This document shows, one piece after another, positions 24,591 to 37,272 of a stretch of 64,000 nt of DNA (the first letter of the stretch is position 1; every line of letters starts with the position of its first letter). A program made the position numbers and the translations under genes. Source of the DNA: Octopus sinensis (Eukaryota); NCBI RefSeq assembly GCF_006345805.1, contig NC_043001.1, forward strand, positions 81,158,001-81,222,000, written 5' to 3'. The notes under the pieces were generated by a model, which was given only the letters and a program-made list of their open reading frames with translations, had not been told where the DNA came from and made no database searches.

Positions 24591-25423
24591 AGACACCCTT
24601 ATTTTACTTCCTTCTTGTCATCCTTCAATCTCTCCATCTCTCAACCTCTTCACATCTCCATCTTATCTTCACAACCTGCCATATACAGATTACAGTGAAA
24701 CATAAAAGCAAATAGGCTGTTTTTAAGAAAATTTACATGAGCAATAAAACATGGTGGACGATGGTTTGTTGGTCTGTTATCTGTTATCTAGTATCTACAA
24801 TAAGAAATAACACGATTACAAGTTCCTCTCCTCATCTCTTACCAATTCTTATAAAGTCAACACAACAACAAAAACAACAATGGTGATGACACCATCACCA
24901 CTACCATTGTCATATAGCCATCTCATTGCACCATACAGTTCTCTCTCTCTCTTTCTCTCTCTTCTCTTCCTCCACCTACTACAATGTTAAACACTACTAC
25001 TACTACCACCATTGTCATCATCATAATCATCATTGTCTTCGTCGTTGTTATTGTCATCGTGTTGTTAGCACACTACACTGCTTCGCACCACACCATACCT
25101 TTGGTACCAGCTGCTGTTGTATCGAAATGGTAAAACTCAACACATTAATGTTCTAATTGAATTCTTCCACATCATTTCCTGTGTTAAAGACGAAGAAGTG
25201 GTCTGTGTCTGCCAAGGAACTCTTTAATGTGTGTGTGAAGGTGTGCATATGTGTAAGTGTGTGTGTGTATGTATACATATAAAATGTGTGCTTAATGTGT
25301 ATGCGTGCATATTAATATATGTGTGCTTAGTGATGTGTATATATATTTGTATGCATGTGTACATATATATGTATACATAGGTTTCTATTTTTCATATCTA
25401 CAGTATATAAATATATACACACA

Positions 25424-25476
<53 letters not shown>

Positions 25477-26339
25477 ATATAAGGAAAGAAAGAGACCATA
25501 TATGCATAAGTATTGTGTATTTGTATAGTATATGTTACTATATATGCTTAAGATACAATCTCTGATATGAGAGTATATATATATATATATATATGTATAC
25601 ATTGATAAATAGATAGATACACACACACATCTTTCGTTTATGTGTATTTACTGTATATATATCATGTGTGTGTGTGTGTCTGTTTTGTTTAATATACAAA
25701 AGTCATAACAACCACCACACATGATTGGGTATAATGCTAATGCTTGTTGCGTGAGGGCATAATAATGTTTGAACCAACACCCATATATTATATTTACCAG
25801 TCCTTACTCCTGGGTTGTTTGAGAGACAAAGGGTAAAGTTGAACACTGCATTATCTAAACATAGACAATGTCTGCCACTTCATTGTGAATGCCAAAAAAA
25901 CGTGTAGGTAGTCCTTATTGTGTGTCTCAAAGATTGCTTATTCTCGTGTGACAAAATTCAATCGTGGAGTAAAGTGCGATTGGATTCTGTCTCTTGCACA
26001 ATGTTAAGGAATTTACGAAATATGAAAATGCAAAAAAAAAAAAATGTGATAAGTATTTTTTTCTCCCTATTGTTATACAATTCAGAAATGTATTTGACAA
26101 AAAAGACATGAACCAAAAGGTTATAAAAATGAAGCAAATATTTGTTCGTATTATGTGATCAATGTTTTGTATATATAGCAATACTTATTATGAATAACAA
26201 ACAGAATCTGGTTGAACTTCTATTTATTATGTATTTGAATGTATTTCTGTGATATTTTGTTTGTATTTTCATGTAGCATTTTGGATGTCCAACTCGTGAC
26301 ACATTCATTTCGAGATTATAAAAATATTCAAAATACTTA

Positions 26340-26455
26340 TCAGGCATGGCTGTATGGTAAGAAGCTTGCTTAACAATCACATGGTTCCAGGTTCAGTTCC
26401 ACTGCATGACACCTTGGGGAAGTTTCTTCTACTCTAGCCTCAGGCTGACCAAAAT
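26340..26455 (+). mobile_element. SINE-A head
   Basis: GGCATGGCTGTATGGTAAGAAGCTTGC..GGTTCAGTTCCACTGCATGACACCTTGGG. Confidence 0.75.
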
Positions 26456-26690
26456 AGTACTATTCATCTTGCAATAGTTGTCCCTGGAACCTACCCTGAC
26501 ACCTGAGAGAATGGCTAAAGTATTGTACAAGCTTTTGTCACTTAACTCAAATGACATCATCCCTATCATTTTACTTCTTGACCCATTTTGTATTTTAACA
26601 TAAACACACAGGCAAAGATGGAAATAAATCAGATCAATCAGGCTGACTGTAAGATGACTATCATCTGACAAGATGAGGCAATTATCGTCT

Positions 26691-26732
<42 letters not shown>

Positions 26733-26750
26733 CACACATGTTCATGTATG

Positions 26751-26781
<31 letters not shown>

Positions 26782-26949
26782 CAATGACAAATCTCTTAAC
26801 TCTTTGGGGGTCGTTGGGGCACAGCAGCCATGCAGTGTATCTTGGGCAAGAAAGCTTGGTGGCGCCTATCCCTCTCTAAGCTAAACTCATTTCTACAGCT
26901 TGGTGTTTTGCTGAAGAACACATGTGCATGTGTGTTACTCTCTCCTTGC

Positions 26950-27190
26950 CTTTCCTTCACATTATAGTTGTATATGAATGTCACCATCATGAAATCAGTG
27001 TCCCTTATTACCAATCTTCTGTGAGATTTCTCATGACCATGTCTGGCCATGGGGAATTATTAACCTTACTTGGAAACAGGTGACAGTTGTTGACAATTAC
27101 AGCATCTGACCATTGAAAATCCAGCTCAACAAATTCTGTCTGGCTCATGCAAGCATAGAAAAGTGGAAGTTAAAAGAATGAGGATGATGA
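26950..27190 (+). mobile_element. SINE-A tail type 2
   Basis: CATGTCTGGCCATGGGGAA..TTACTTGGAAACAGGTG..CATGCAAGCATAGAAAAGTGGAAGTTAAAA. Confidence 0.7.
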
Positions 27191-27689
27191 TTATAATGAA
27201 TTCTACATTTAGCTGTAATAGAATGAGTATGAAGTTTGCATGACATTTTTCTTTTTTCTTTCTGAAGTAATACAAATTTTTGAAATATACAGAAAAACAA
27301 ATGGAAATTAAGCTGTGAAAATATTTATTACTTGCAATTTGTTTCTTTGTTTTTACGCCTGCTTTTCAATGCTGGCATGGGATAGATGTTTATATTATTG
27401 AGGCATTGTTTTTCAGCTGGTCGACTTTCTTGGCACTGATTCTGAAATGTTTCTCAAATGAGGGATCACTTACTTCACACATCTTCAAAGGTGCAAAGTA
27501 TGTGGATAATTTGTTGACAGAAGTGACAAGTGGTTTTGTAAAAACAAGTGACTTTCATAGATGCCAATGTAAACACACACACATGCACACATGCACAGAT
27601 AGATATACACATAGATAGATTCATACACACATCTCTACACATCCTTTCTTTCTGTCTATGTATGTCTGTGTGTGTGTGTGTATTTTATT

Positions 27690-27925
27690 CCTTTACTTGT
27701 TTCAGTGGATGTAAACACACCAACATCAGTTGTCAAGTGATGGTGGAGGTGACAAACACAAACACACAAATATATGCATATATAACATATATATATATAT
27801 ATATATATATATCGGCCCGAGGCTATGGTGGAAGACAGCTTGCTCAAGGTGTCACACAGTGGGGCTGAACCTGGAACCATGCGGTTGGGAACCAAGTTTC
27901 TTGCCATGCTAGGCCTGCACCTGTG
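27690..27925 (-). mobile_element. SINE-A head + shortened tail 1
   Basis: Head reverse complement at 27810-27920, tail remnant at 27690-27770. Confidence 0.7.
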
Positions 27926-27971
27926 TATATATATACATACATACATACATACATACATACATACATACATA

Positions 27972-28802
27972 CAGGGTGTGATGAGTAAATTGTCGCCATT
28001 CTTTATTTTTAATTTTGTACATGCACATTGTTTGTTTTTGATTTTGTCAACTGCACAGTATAGTAGGGTCAGTTGGCCACTGTCTGTAAGAAAAACAGCA
28101 CCATGATACAATTCACTCTGCCAGAAGCTTCAATACAAACAAATGGTGAACATACAGAACAACTGTTGGCTTGCCATGTGCCCAAAACATGTACCAAGAT
28201 TGATAAAAATCCAGTCAACATCATAATGTTTAAAGTGATTACTAGTGATGGCGATGTTATGCCTCCATTCATCTTCCACACAGCCTCAGACTCAACACAG
28301 AGGCCTACAATGGCCTGGAGAAGGTAGTGCTGCTCTGGATCATGAGGGTGGCTGCTGGAAGATGCTATGTCTGGCAACAGAACTCTGCATCATACCACAC
28401 AAGCAGAAGAACCCAGCCATGGCTGTCAGACAATTTCTGTGACCACTTCACCCCTAACATTTGGCCACCTAACTCCATAGACTACAACCCCTTGATTATT
28501 ATGTGTGCGGTGCAGTTGAGCAAAATACAAACAAAACTCTTTGTAACACCAAAGATGAACTGAAGGCAAGGATTATGGCAGCATTTACAAACGTAAATAA
28601 AGAGACCATCCAGAAGAGCTGCAAAAGATTCCGAAGTCATCTGGAGGACATGGTTGAAGCCAATGTCAATTTTATGAAATAAATTTAATCTTAAGTATTT
28701 CAAGAATTTTTATCCAAGTTTAGTAAACATACCTGTCAAAATGAGATGTCTGTGTTATTTTCATCTTTGCATAATTTAGACGACAGTTTATTCAATGCAC
28801 CC

Positions 28803-28804
<2 letters not shown>
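27972..28804 (+). mobile_element. Tc1/mariner DD37D (maT-type) transposon, internally deleted, non-autonomous
   Basis: TIRs CAGGGTG.. at both ends (21 of 27 nt match when counted from 27971). TA left of 27972; the right TSD reads TG. Transposase remnants: VITSDGDVMPPFIF, YVWQQ[N]SASYHTSRRTQPWLSDNF..IWPPNSIDYNPL/DYY..AVE, KDELKARIMAAF..CKRFRSHLE. 37 residues lie between the second and third acidic positions. Confidence 0.88.
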
Positions 28805-28844
<40 letters not shown>

Positions 28845-29328
28845 GAAGACAATATGGGAGGAATACATTTGAACAAATGTACTAGTTTAACACTTGAAAA
28901 TAAGAACAAGTGTTTTGATGTTTCAGACACTAGTCCTTCATCAGGAGAAAGATAGGAAAAGAAAAAAAAAAGTATAGTGAATGAGAAAAGATGGTTAGAG
29001 AAGAAAAGAAAAGAAATTGTAGGAGTTAGGGCCCAAGAGGGAATTATCTGTTCCTAATTTAAGAAAAAGGCAGGCAGTCGTTGTGGCTTGGGGATGTCAG
29101 ATGATATTATCAACATAATAGTTGTCTGGTGCTTTATTTTAACAGCCCCCATAAAGGATGAAGGGCATAGTTGATGACCTCTGCAGAATTTAAACTCACA
29201 ATGTAAAAATCCAGAAGGAATACCACAAAAATGATGATACTGTCAGGCATTTATTCCAAACCTGTAATGGTTCTGCCAGCTCTCTACCTTTCTGCTAGGG
29301 GTGTATTTGTATTAATACTTAAGCAAAT

Positions 29329-29370
<42 letters not shown>

Positions 29371-29939
29371 TTGTATGTAAATGTGTGTGTGTGTGTGTGT
29401 GTGTGTAAATATATATGTGCATGTTGGCATGAAAATATTTGTAAGTACAGTTATAAAGAGATTATTTGCTTTCATGAGAGTAGTAATATGAGTATGCATA
29501 ATATATGTGTATGCACACAAGCACACATTTATGCATAATATATATATATATCTATGCATATATATGTGTAGTTATGCATATATGAATAGGCATGGGAGTA
29601 TATGGATATTTATCAACACATGTTTAAGTCAGATTATGCCTTCTTCCAAGAAATTTAAGATGAGTGGCTTTGTGTAAGATTGCGTGTGTGTGTGAGTGTA
29701 TAGATATATGTATTATGTATGCCTATGAATATGTCTGTATATATGGTTTGTGATGATTACATTTCATCTTGAAATATAAAGTCATTTTTGCAATATGTAA
29801 TATTAATATTCTGTGTTATGGAGGTTTAATGTAAGGAAGTATTTATTTATCTATTTATTTATTCATATATTCTTTTATATATATGTATTTATATAGAAAC
29901 TTTTTAACATGCATACGTGCATGCTCATGTACACAGAGT

Positions 29940-30160
29940 GTCTGTGTATATGTATGTATATATGTAAATGTATCTATGTATATGTGTATGTATATGTAAG
30001 TATGTATATATGTATATGTATGTACATATGTATATGTATGTTTGTATGTGTGTATGTATGTATGCTTGTATGTATATATATGTACATATATGTATGTATG
30101 TGTATGTATGTATGTATATATATATATATATACACATACACACACACATACATACATATA
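29940..30160. repeat. Compound (TATG)/(TA)/(CA) microsatellite
   Basis: Directly visible. Confidence 0.92.
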
Positions 30161-31261
30161 CATGTGGTAGTGTTGAATTACACATCATATAAATTCCTCT
30201 GTCTCTCTTCCCTCTTTGTCAGATGTTGTATTCTTAAATTTTTTAATCTTTCACTGTTTGTAACAACATCATTTTCCACTGGAATTTGCTCATTCTAGCT
30301 TTCAAAATTTCAGCTGCATTATTTAATCAAATATCCTATAAATCTTTAGAATTATCTAAAATATTTTTTTAGAATAATTATATATAAGGCTTTTAATTTA
30401 AAATATCATTAGCTTCTGATGATCCCAGTAAGTGTGAAAGCATACTTTCTTTGCTAAGGCATAATAAATCTGATATATGTATATGTATCATAATCATAAT
30501 TTCATCCACTTTTTCCATGTTGACATTGTTTGGACAGAAGTTATTGAAGTAATATTCTATAACTGGATACCCTTCCTGTAAACAATTTTTGTTTGGAATA
30601 TTTCCTATTCTTCACTTCCTAACAAAATCTGTTGAAGTTATGTTGCATATTATTTATGCAAGACATAAACAGCATATGCTGCTTTGCTCATAAGTTGGTA
30701 AAGTGTAGGTGTACTGGAACTCTCTCTCTCTCCCACTCACTCTCTCACTCAGTTTGTAGGTTTGTAGAAGTCCTTTACTACTCTTCCAGAGATTGATGAA
30801 ATAAGCACTAGTCATACACTGAGGTTGATGTAATCAACTTCCCCACCCCCAAATTGCTTGCCTTGTTTCAAAATTTGAAACCATTATTATTATTATTCTT
30901 GTTGTTGCTTTGTTTTATATGGTTTGTTCCAAGTCTCATCCAGAAACCTTTTGTATTAAGCAAGTTGGGTGTTTTACAACAGGTGTTATTTATGATTAAT
31001 AAAATGATATATTGTAAGGGAAAGAGACCAGAATCTGAGAATGAAGATTCTGTCAAACTTGTAATATTTTAGTTGTGGAAGAGTTTTAATAAAATCAGGT
31101 ATTTTCAAGTTGATAATGTTTTTCTTAAGAATAATTTTTTGTAGTTCTGATATTTTGGGGTTTTCTGGTATTTGGCCATAGTGTTTAAAAACATAATTTA
31201 GTATTGTGTTTAAGAGTGCTGTTTGGTAGTGTTTCATTATTACTATTATTGTTGTTGTTAT

Positions 31262-31680
31262 CAAGGCAGTGGACTGGCAGAATCATTGTCCATATTTATG
31301 GAACATAAAGACATATTTTGTCCATCTGTGTTCTGAGTTCAAATTTCACCAAGGTCAACTTTGCCCTTCATCTTTTCAGGGTCGATAAATTAAGTACCAG
31401 TCAAGTATTGGGGCCAATGTGATTGACCATCCGCAATCCCCTCAAATTCCAGGCCTTGTGCCTATAGTAGACAGGATTATTATTATTATCATTATTATTA
31501 TTATTATTAAGGTGGTGAACTGACAGAGTCATTAGCATGCCAGGCAAAATGCTGCATTTCATCTATGTTCTGAGTTCAAATTTCACTGAGGCCTACCCTG
31601 CCTTTTATCTTTTTGGGGTCAGTAAAATAAGTACCAGTTGAGCACTGAGGTTGATGTAATCAACTTAACTCCTTCCCGCA
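31262..31680 (+). mobile_element. Two tandem SINE-B copies separated by (ATT)n
   Basis: B-box GAGTTCAAATT, GGTCAACTTTGCC.TTCATC.TTT..GGGGTCGATAAATTAAGTACCAG in both. Confidence 0.8.
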
Positions 31681-32984
31681 TCAAATATGCAGTATGTTCT
31701 TCAAATTAAACAATGAGCTGTGCTTCTATATTATACACATTTATTTCAATTAATTGTTGCAAATGATAAACATTAGCTTTGAAAACCAGCAAGACCATCA
31801 GCCTGTGGCTAGGATCTGAGTTTTCTTTTCATCTCTGTAATGTGTATTTGTTACCTAAAATAGAAATTAAGCACCCAGTATACTCTGTAAAGGAGCTGAT
31901 TTTAGAAATTTTACCGAAACAGGCATTAGAAACCAACGCAGCACCTCAAGACTATTGGATCTTCTCAAACCATCTAGTCCAAGCAAATATTGAATGCAGA
32001 GGTGAAATGATGATGTCAATATTGGAAGAGGGCTGATAGTTAGAAGACAGTAACTGAAGTTATTGTTATTGCTGTTGTGGATATTTCTGTAGTTGCAACT
32101 TTTGTTGTTGTTGATGTTGTTTTTCCATGCAGTATTTTCAAGAGAGAATAATGGAATACTCTGGATTAAGTTGTTGCCTGGCTTTCTTGAAGGGGACAAA
32201 GGAGAATGTGGAAATTTAAGCCAAGGGATAAGATTACAGACTATAAAACGCACGCACACACACACACACATATACCTTCTCTTTCTCTCTCTCTCTCTCT
32301 CTCTCAGCATTGAGAGGAAACATTCTATCATTTTACATATAGAATCTCCATTATTCTAAGACCCAAGCATCCATTGCATGAAGCATGTTCGTGATCAAAT
32401 ATGAAACAGTAGGACTAAAGAATTAAGTTTTAAAATAAAAATCAGGACACAAAGGCGCTGATATAGTTAAAATAAGCAGAAAAAACAGCACACAGAAAAC
32501 TCACACACTCACATACATACATACATAAACACATATGCACACACATTCTTAAAAAAAATATATTTGTGGAATAGGTCTATATGATACTTTCGGATTCGTC
32601 TTTTTTTATTTATGTTAGAAAGTCTTGGTTTTCTGTCCGTGCTTTGGTTGACAAATGGTTTTAATGGTAAACTGGGTTGTTGTTTACTCTTCTCATCAAT
32701 TTACCATTTGCTATTATTACTATTGTTGTTGTTATTTTGTAAATCTCATCACTGTTTTTAGTTTGTGTGTATGTATGTGTAATATATACATACACTCTGA
32801 CACAATGTCTTGTTTCTCTTTCCCTCATTTCACACACATACACATGTGTGTATGTTTGTGTGTAAGTATATATAGTTTCATTTTCTACCACTTTATGTTT
32901 TTTTAATGCGTTTGCTGTGTATTATTTCATTGAAATTTCATCAACAATTCTTTATACATCTAACAACTTCTTTCCTTCCAGTCA

Positions 32985-33545
32985 CTTTGTCTTTTTCTCC
33001 TTTCTTTCTCTCTCTCTCTTCCTTGTCTCCATCTCTTTCTCCCCTTTATCTTACTCTCTCCCTTTCTCTCTCTACTCATCACTTCCCCTCTCTCTCTTCT
33101 CACCTATCTCTCTCATACCCACTCTCTCTCCATCTCTCTCTCTCTCCTTTGCCTCTATCTCACTTTCTCTCTCTACCCACCACTTTCCCGTCTCTCCTTA
33201 TCTCACACACTCTCTCTCTCTTCACCCAATCTCTTTCTCCTCCTTTTTCCATGTTTCTCTCTCCACCCATCACTTCCCCTCTCTCTCATACCCACTCTCT
33301 CTCCATCTCTCTCTCTCTCCTTTGCCTCTATCTCACTTTCTCCCTCTACCACCACTTTCCCATCTCTCCGCATCTCACACACTCTCTCTCTCTTCACCCA
33401 ATCTCTTTCTCCTTTTTCCATGTTTCTCTCTCTCTTTCTCTCTCTTCCCATGTCTCACTTTCACACTCGCTCGCTCTCTCTCTCTCTCTCTCTTTCCCCC
33501 ATTTCCCCCTTCTCCCTCATCTCTCTCTCCCCCTCTCTCTCCTAT
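32985..33545. repeat. Polypyrimidine (CT-rich) tract containing a ~170-190 bp tandem duplication
   Basis: Block CATCACTTCCCCTCTC...CCTTTGCCTCTATCTCACTTTC...TTCACCCAATCTCTTTCTCC..TTTTCCATGTTTCTC occurs at ~33077-33265 and ~33269-33430. Confidence 0.85.
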
Positions 33546-33839
33546 CAATTGGCCTATCCAAGACATTCTATATTTGTTTATTTTGTTTCTTTCAAGTTCT
33601 TTTTCCTCCAATTTTACTCAATGTGTTTTCATCCTTTTTCAGTTTTATCTTTGACTTTTTATAGTCTTCCTCCTACAATATTTCTATCCCCTAATTCAAA
33701 TCTTCTCACACTTTCTCTCTCTCTCTCTCTTTCCTTCTTGGAGGAAGATAGAGAATTTCATGAACACAAACACATGCACACACACAGATGCATGCATGCA
33801 CAGTCTCACACAAACACTCCTACTCTCATACACACAGAC

Positions 33840-34115
33840 ACCTCCTACTCTCATACACACACACACACACACACGCACATCCTAATTTCATACACACACA
33901 CACACACCTCCTGCTCTCATACACACACACACCTCCTGCTCTCATACACACACACACCTCCTGCTCTCATACACACACACCTCCTGCTCTCATACACACA
34001 CACACCTCCTGCTCTCATACACACACACACCTCCTGCTCTCATACACACACACCTCCTGCTCTCATACACACACACCTCCTGCTCTCATACACACACACC
34101 CTGCTCTCATACACA
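33840..34115. repeat. Minisatellite CCTCCTGCTCTCATA(CA)n, about 11 units of 21-25 bp
   Basis: Directly visible tandem units differing only in (CA) count. Confidence 0.9.
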
Positions 34116-34219
34116 CACAAGCATATACTAATACATGTTGTTTCAAACTCACTGACACACAGTAACACGCATGCATCCATACGCAGTCACGCACACAGAT
34201 ACTCAAAAACTCTGTTATG

Positions 34220-34221
<2 letters not shown>

Positions 34222-34287
<66 letters not shown>
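34222..34287. repeat. Perfect (AC)n microsatellite
   Basis: About 33 uninterrupted units. Confidence 0.95.
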
Positions 34288-34289
<2 letters not shown>

Positions 34290-34735
34290 GTCACTAAAGG
34301 GAGAAAAAGAGTAAATGAATAAATGCCCTGCTGTCAGAAAAGTGTTACATTTCAGGGAGGGAATCCTTTTAAACATGTCCTCCATATCAACCACAAAATC
34401 AACATTGCTTTCTACAGCAGCGACATCAGCATCATTATCAGCAACAGCAGAATTGTTGGTGTTGGTGGCGTCGGTGGCACCAGTAACGAAATCTGTGAAG
34501 ACAATGAATGAAATAGAACCAAATAAATTAAGATGAAGAAAGCCTTGAAATGTAATTTAAAATATACAAACATATTCTATTGTTGTGAGAGGTTTGTGTG
34601 TGTGTGTGTGACTGTGTGTGTGATAGTCAGATACATTTGTAGAAAGTCAATTACAACAATGCCTGTACTTGTATATGAGTATGTGTGTGTATATAGATGT
34701 TTGTATACATGTATGTCTATAGTTTTATGTATAAA

Positions 34736-34779
<44 letters not shown>

Positions 34780-34785
<6 letters not shown>

Positions 34786-35150
34786 TGTGTAGTAAGAAGT
34801 TTGGTTCTCAACCACTTGTTTCTGAGTTGAGTCCCATCACATGGCACTTGAGGCAAGTACTTTCCACTATAGGCTCAGATTGAGCAAATCCTTGTGAGTG
34901 GACATGATAGATGGAAACTGAAAGAAGCCTTCCTATATGTATATGTGTGTATCCTTGTGTTTGTCCCCACCACCACTTGACAGCCAGTGTCAGTCCCTGT
35001 AACTTAGTGGTTTACCAGTAAGAGAATGATACAATAAGCACCACATTTTTTTTAAAAGAAAGTACTGGTGTCAATTTGTTCAACTAAAACCCTGCTAGGT
35101 AGTGCCCCAGCATGGGCACAGTTTAATGACTGAAACAAGTAAAAGATAAA
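34780..35150 (+). mobile_element. SINE-A head + microsatellite + tail type 1
   Basis: Head to GAAAGAAGCC, (TATG/TG)n, then GTCCCCACCACCACTTGACA...CCCCAGCATGG..GACTGAAACAAGTAAAAGA. Confidence 0.8.
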
Positions 35151-36269
35151 AGAGAAAGGTATGTATGTGTGTATGTATATATGTATAGCCATTCCTGTAT
35201 GTGTATATAGCCATGTGTGTATGTATGTGTGTGTATATATATATATATATATATAGCCTTGTAAGCACAAACATGCTTTTCTTGGACCTTTTCCCTTTGC
35301 TCTGGCTCTTTCCTCTTTCCTTACTAATGAAGGGGAAGTGTTATACACCCACTCACTTTTTCATCTTATACTGAGCATCAACCTAATACATTCCATGTGT
35401 ATGTCCTTTCAACTTTTGTTGTTTTGTTATTTAAAAATTTTTCATTTTGTATTTGCCTAGGTGTGTGTATACATGCATACACACACACACTTGATGAATG
35501 AGTAAAAACATTTTACCCAACATGTTAAGAACTCTGCCAGCTCACTCTCTAAATAATAATCAGGGAGTCTCCTTTCATAGATGACTGATGAGGGTTCCAC
35601 AACTTGTTGAACAATCTGTGATCAAATGTTTCTGCTATACATTCACTCACTCCCTCCAATAAATTGACATTGCTTGTTTGGGTGCAATAATAATACAACA
35701 TAAATATGATATATAATTATAATAATAACTCACATCCTACACCATATGCTTTCACATCAATAGCACAACTTATACAGCATACTGTCTGCATATAACACAA
35801 AATTCCACCCGTTAAAATAACAAAATACATTTTCCTAGGTAATTAATACTCTCATCATAACACCAACAATTTACATTTTACATCGTGGCCACCCAGTAAT
35901 ATAACACGTCCCTCTCAGTACATGCCATCATTTCAACATGAATTTCAATAAACAACATCTAAGAGGGGAACACGTAACACCACTATGAAATACAAATATA
36001 ACTCAACAAAATAACATAACTCTCATTGTATATGGTCGATATATTTATATAGTAGAAGAAACATGATAAAAATACCATAAACAATTAACTGTATCTAACA
36101 ATGTAGCAAAACTAATGCTGTATACAACCACACCTCACATTGTTCCCCATACATGGTGGTGTAAGCACTTTTGGAGCTGAGGAGTACATTTCGTGGCGCA
36201 GTAGAAATTTTCCTAAAAATTGTTGAAAATATGATGATGATGATGATAATACTAATAATTATAATTGTA

Positions 36270-36605
36270 ATCTTTGGCCCAAAGCCAGCAATTTTCAAAC
36301 GATGTAGAAGTTAACTACACCAACCCCAGTGCTCAACTTATTTTATTGACCCTGGAAAGACAAAGCCAACCTGGATAGAATTTTGAACTCAAAATGTAAA
36401 GGCATATGAAATGATTCTAAGCATTTTGGCTGGCATGCTAATGATTCTGCCAGCTTACTACCTTACTAACAATAATTCTTACTACTATAGGCACAAGGAC
36501 TGAAGTTTTAGAGCAGAGGGCTTGTTGACTACATCAGTCCAAGAGCTCTGCTGGGACTTTATCAACCTAGAAAGGACAAAAAGGCACCTCAGTAGAAATT
36601 AAACT
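36270..36605 (-). mobile_element. SINE-B copies (one near-complete, one partial)
   Basis: TTTGAACTCAAAATGTAAAG..AAGCATTTTG..CATGCTAATGATTCTGCCAGCT. Confidence 0.68.
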
Positions 36606-36625
36606 CACTCATACACACATATACT

Positions 36626-36714
<89 letters not shown>

Positions 36715-36771
36715 TATGACATATATAATATGTATAATATATATACACGTATATGATGTATATAATATATA

Positions 36772-36935
36772 GGCACAGGAGTGGTTGTGTGGTAAGAAGC
36801 TTACTTCCCACCCACATGGTTCTGAGTTCAGTCCCACTGCATGGCACCTTGGGCAAGCGTCTTCTACTATAGCCTCAGGCTGACCAAAACCTTGTGAGTG
36901 GATTTGGTAGACGGAAACCAAAAGAAGCCTATTGT
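36772..36935 (+). mobile_element. SINE-A head, well-preserved
   Basis: GGCACAGGAGTGGTTGTGTGGTAAGAAGCTTACTTCCC..GAGTTCAGTCCCACTGCATGGCACCTTGGGCAAG. Confidence 0.85.
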
Positions 36936-36952
36936 GTATGTATGTATGAATG

Positions 36953-36993
<41 letters not shown>

Positions 36994-37084
36994 CACCCAT
37001 GCTAGCATGGAAAGCAGACATTAAATGATGATGATGATATGTATATATATGTATGATATATACACATATGATATATATATCTAT

Positions 37085-37118
<34 letters not shown>

Positions 37119-37144
37119 CATACACATATGCACACACATATGAT

Positions 37145-37272
37145 GGGCTTCCACACAGTCTCTGCCTACCAACTTCACCTACAAAAGTTTGGTCTGCCTT
37201 GAGCTATAGAACACACTTGCCCAAGGTGCAATGCAGTGGGGCTGAACCTGAAACCATATGGTTGCTAAGCAA
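37145..37272 (-). mobile_element. SINE-A head, inverted relative to the 36772 copy
   Basis: CTATAGAACACACTTGCCCAAGGTGC..GCAGTGGGGCTGAACC..AAGCAAGCTTCTTAACCA. Confidence 0.8.

Noticed and set aside
32906-34322. 245-300 aa Leu/Ser/His-rich ORFs
   Set aside because: Produced by the CT-rich tract and the CCTCCTGCTCTCATA(CA)n minisatellite. No splice or domain evidence.
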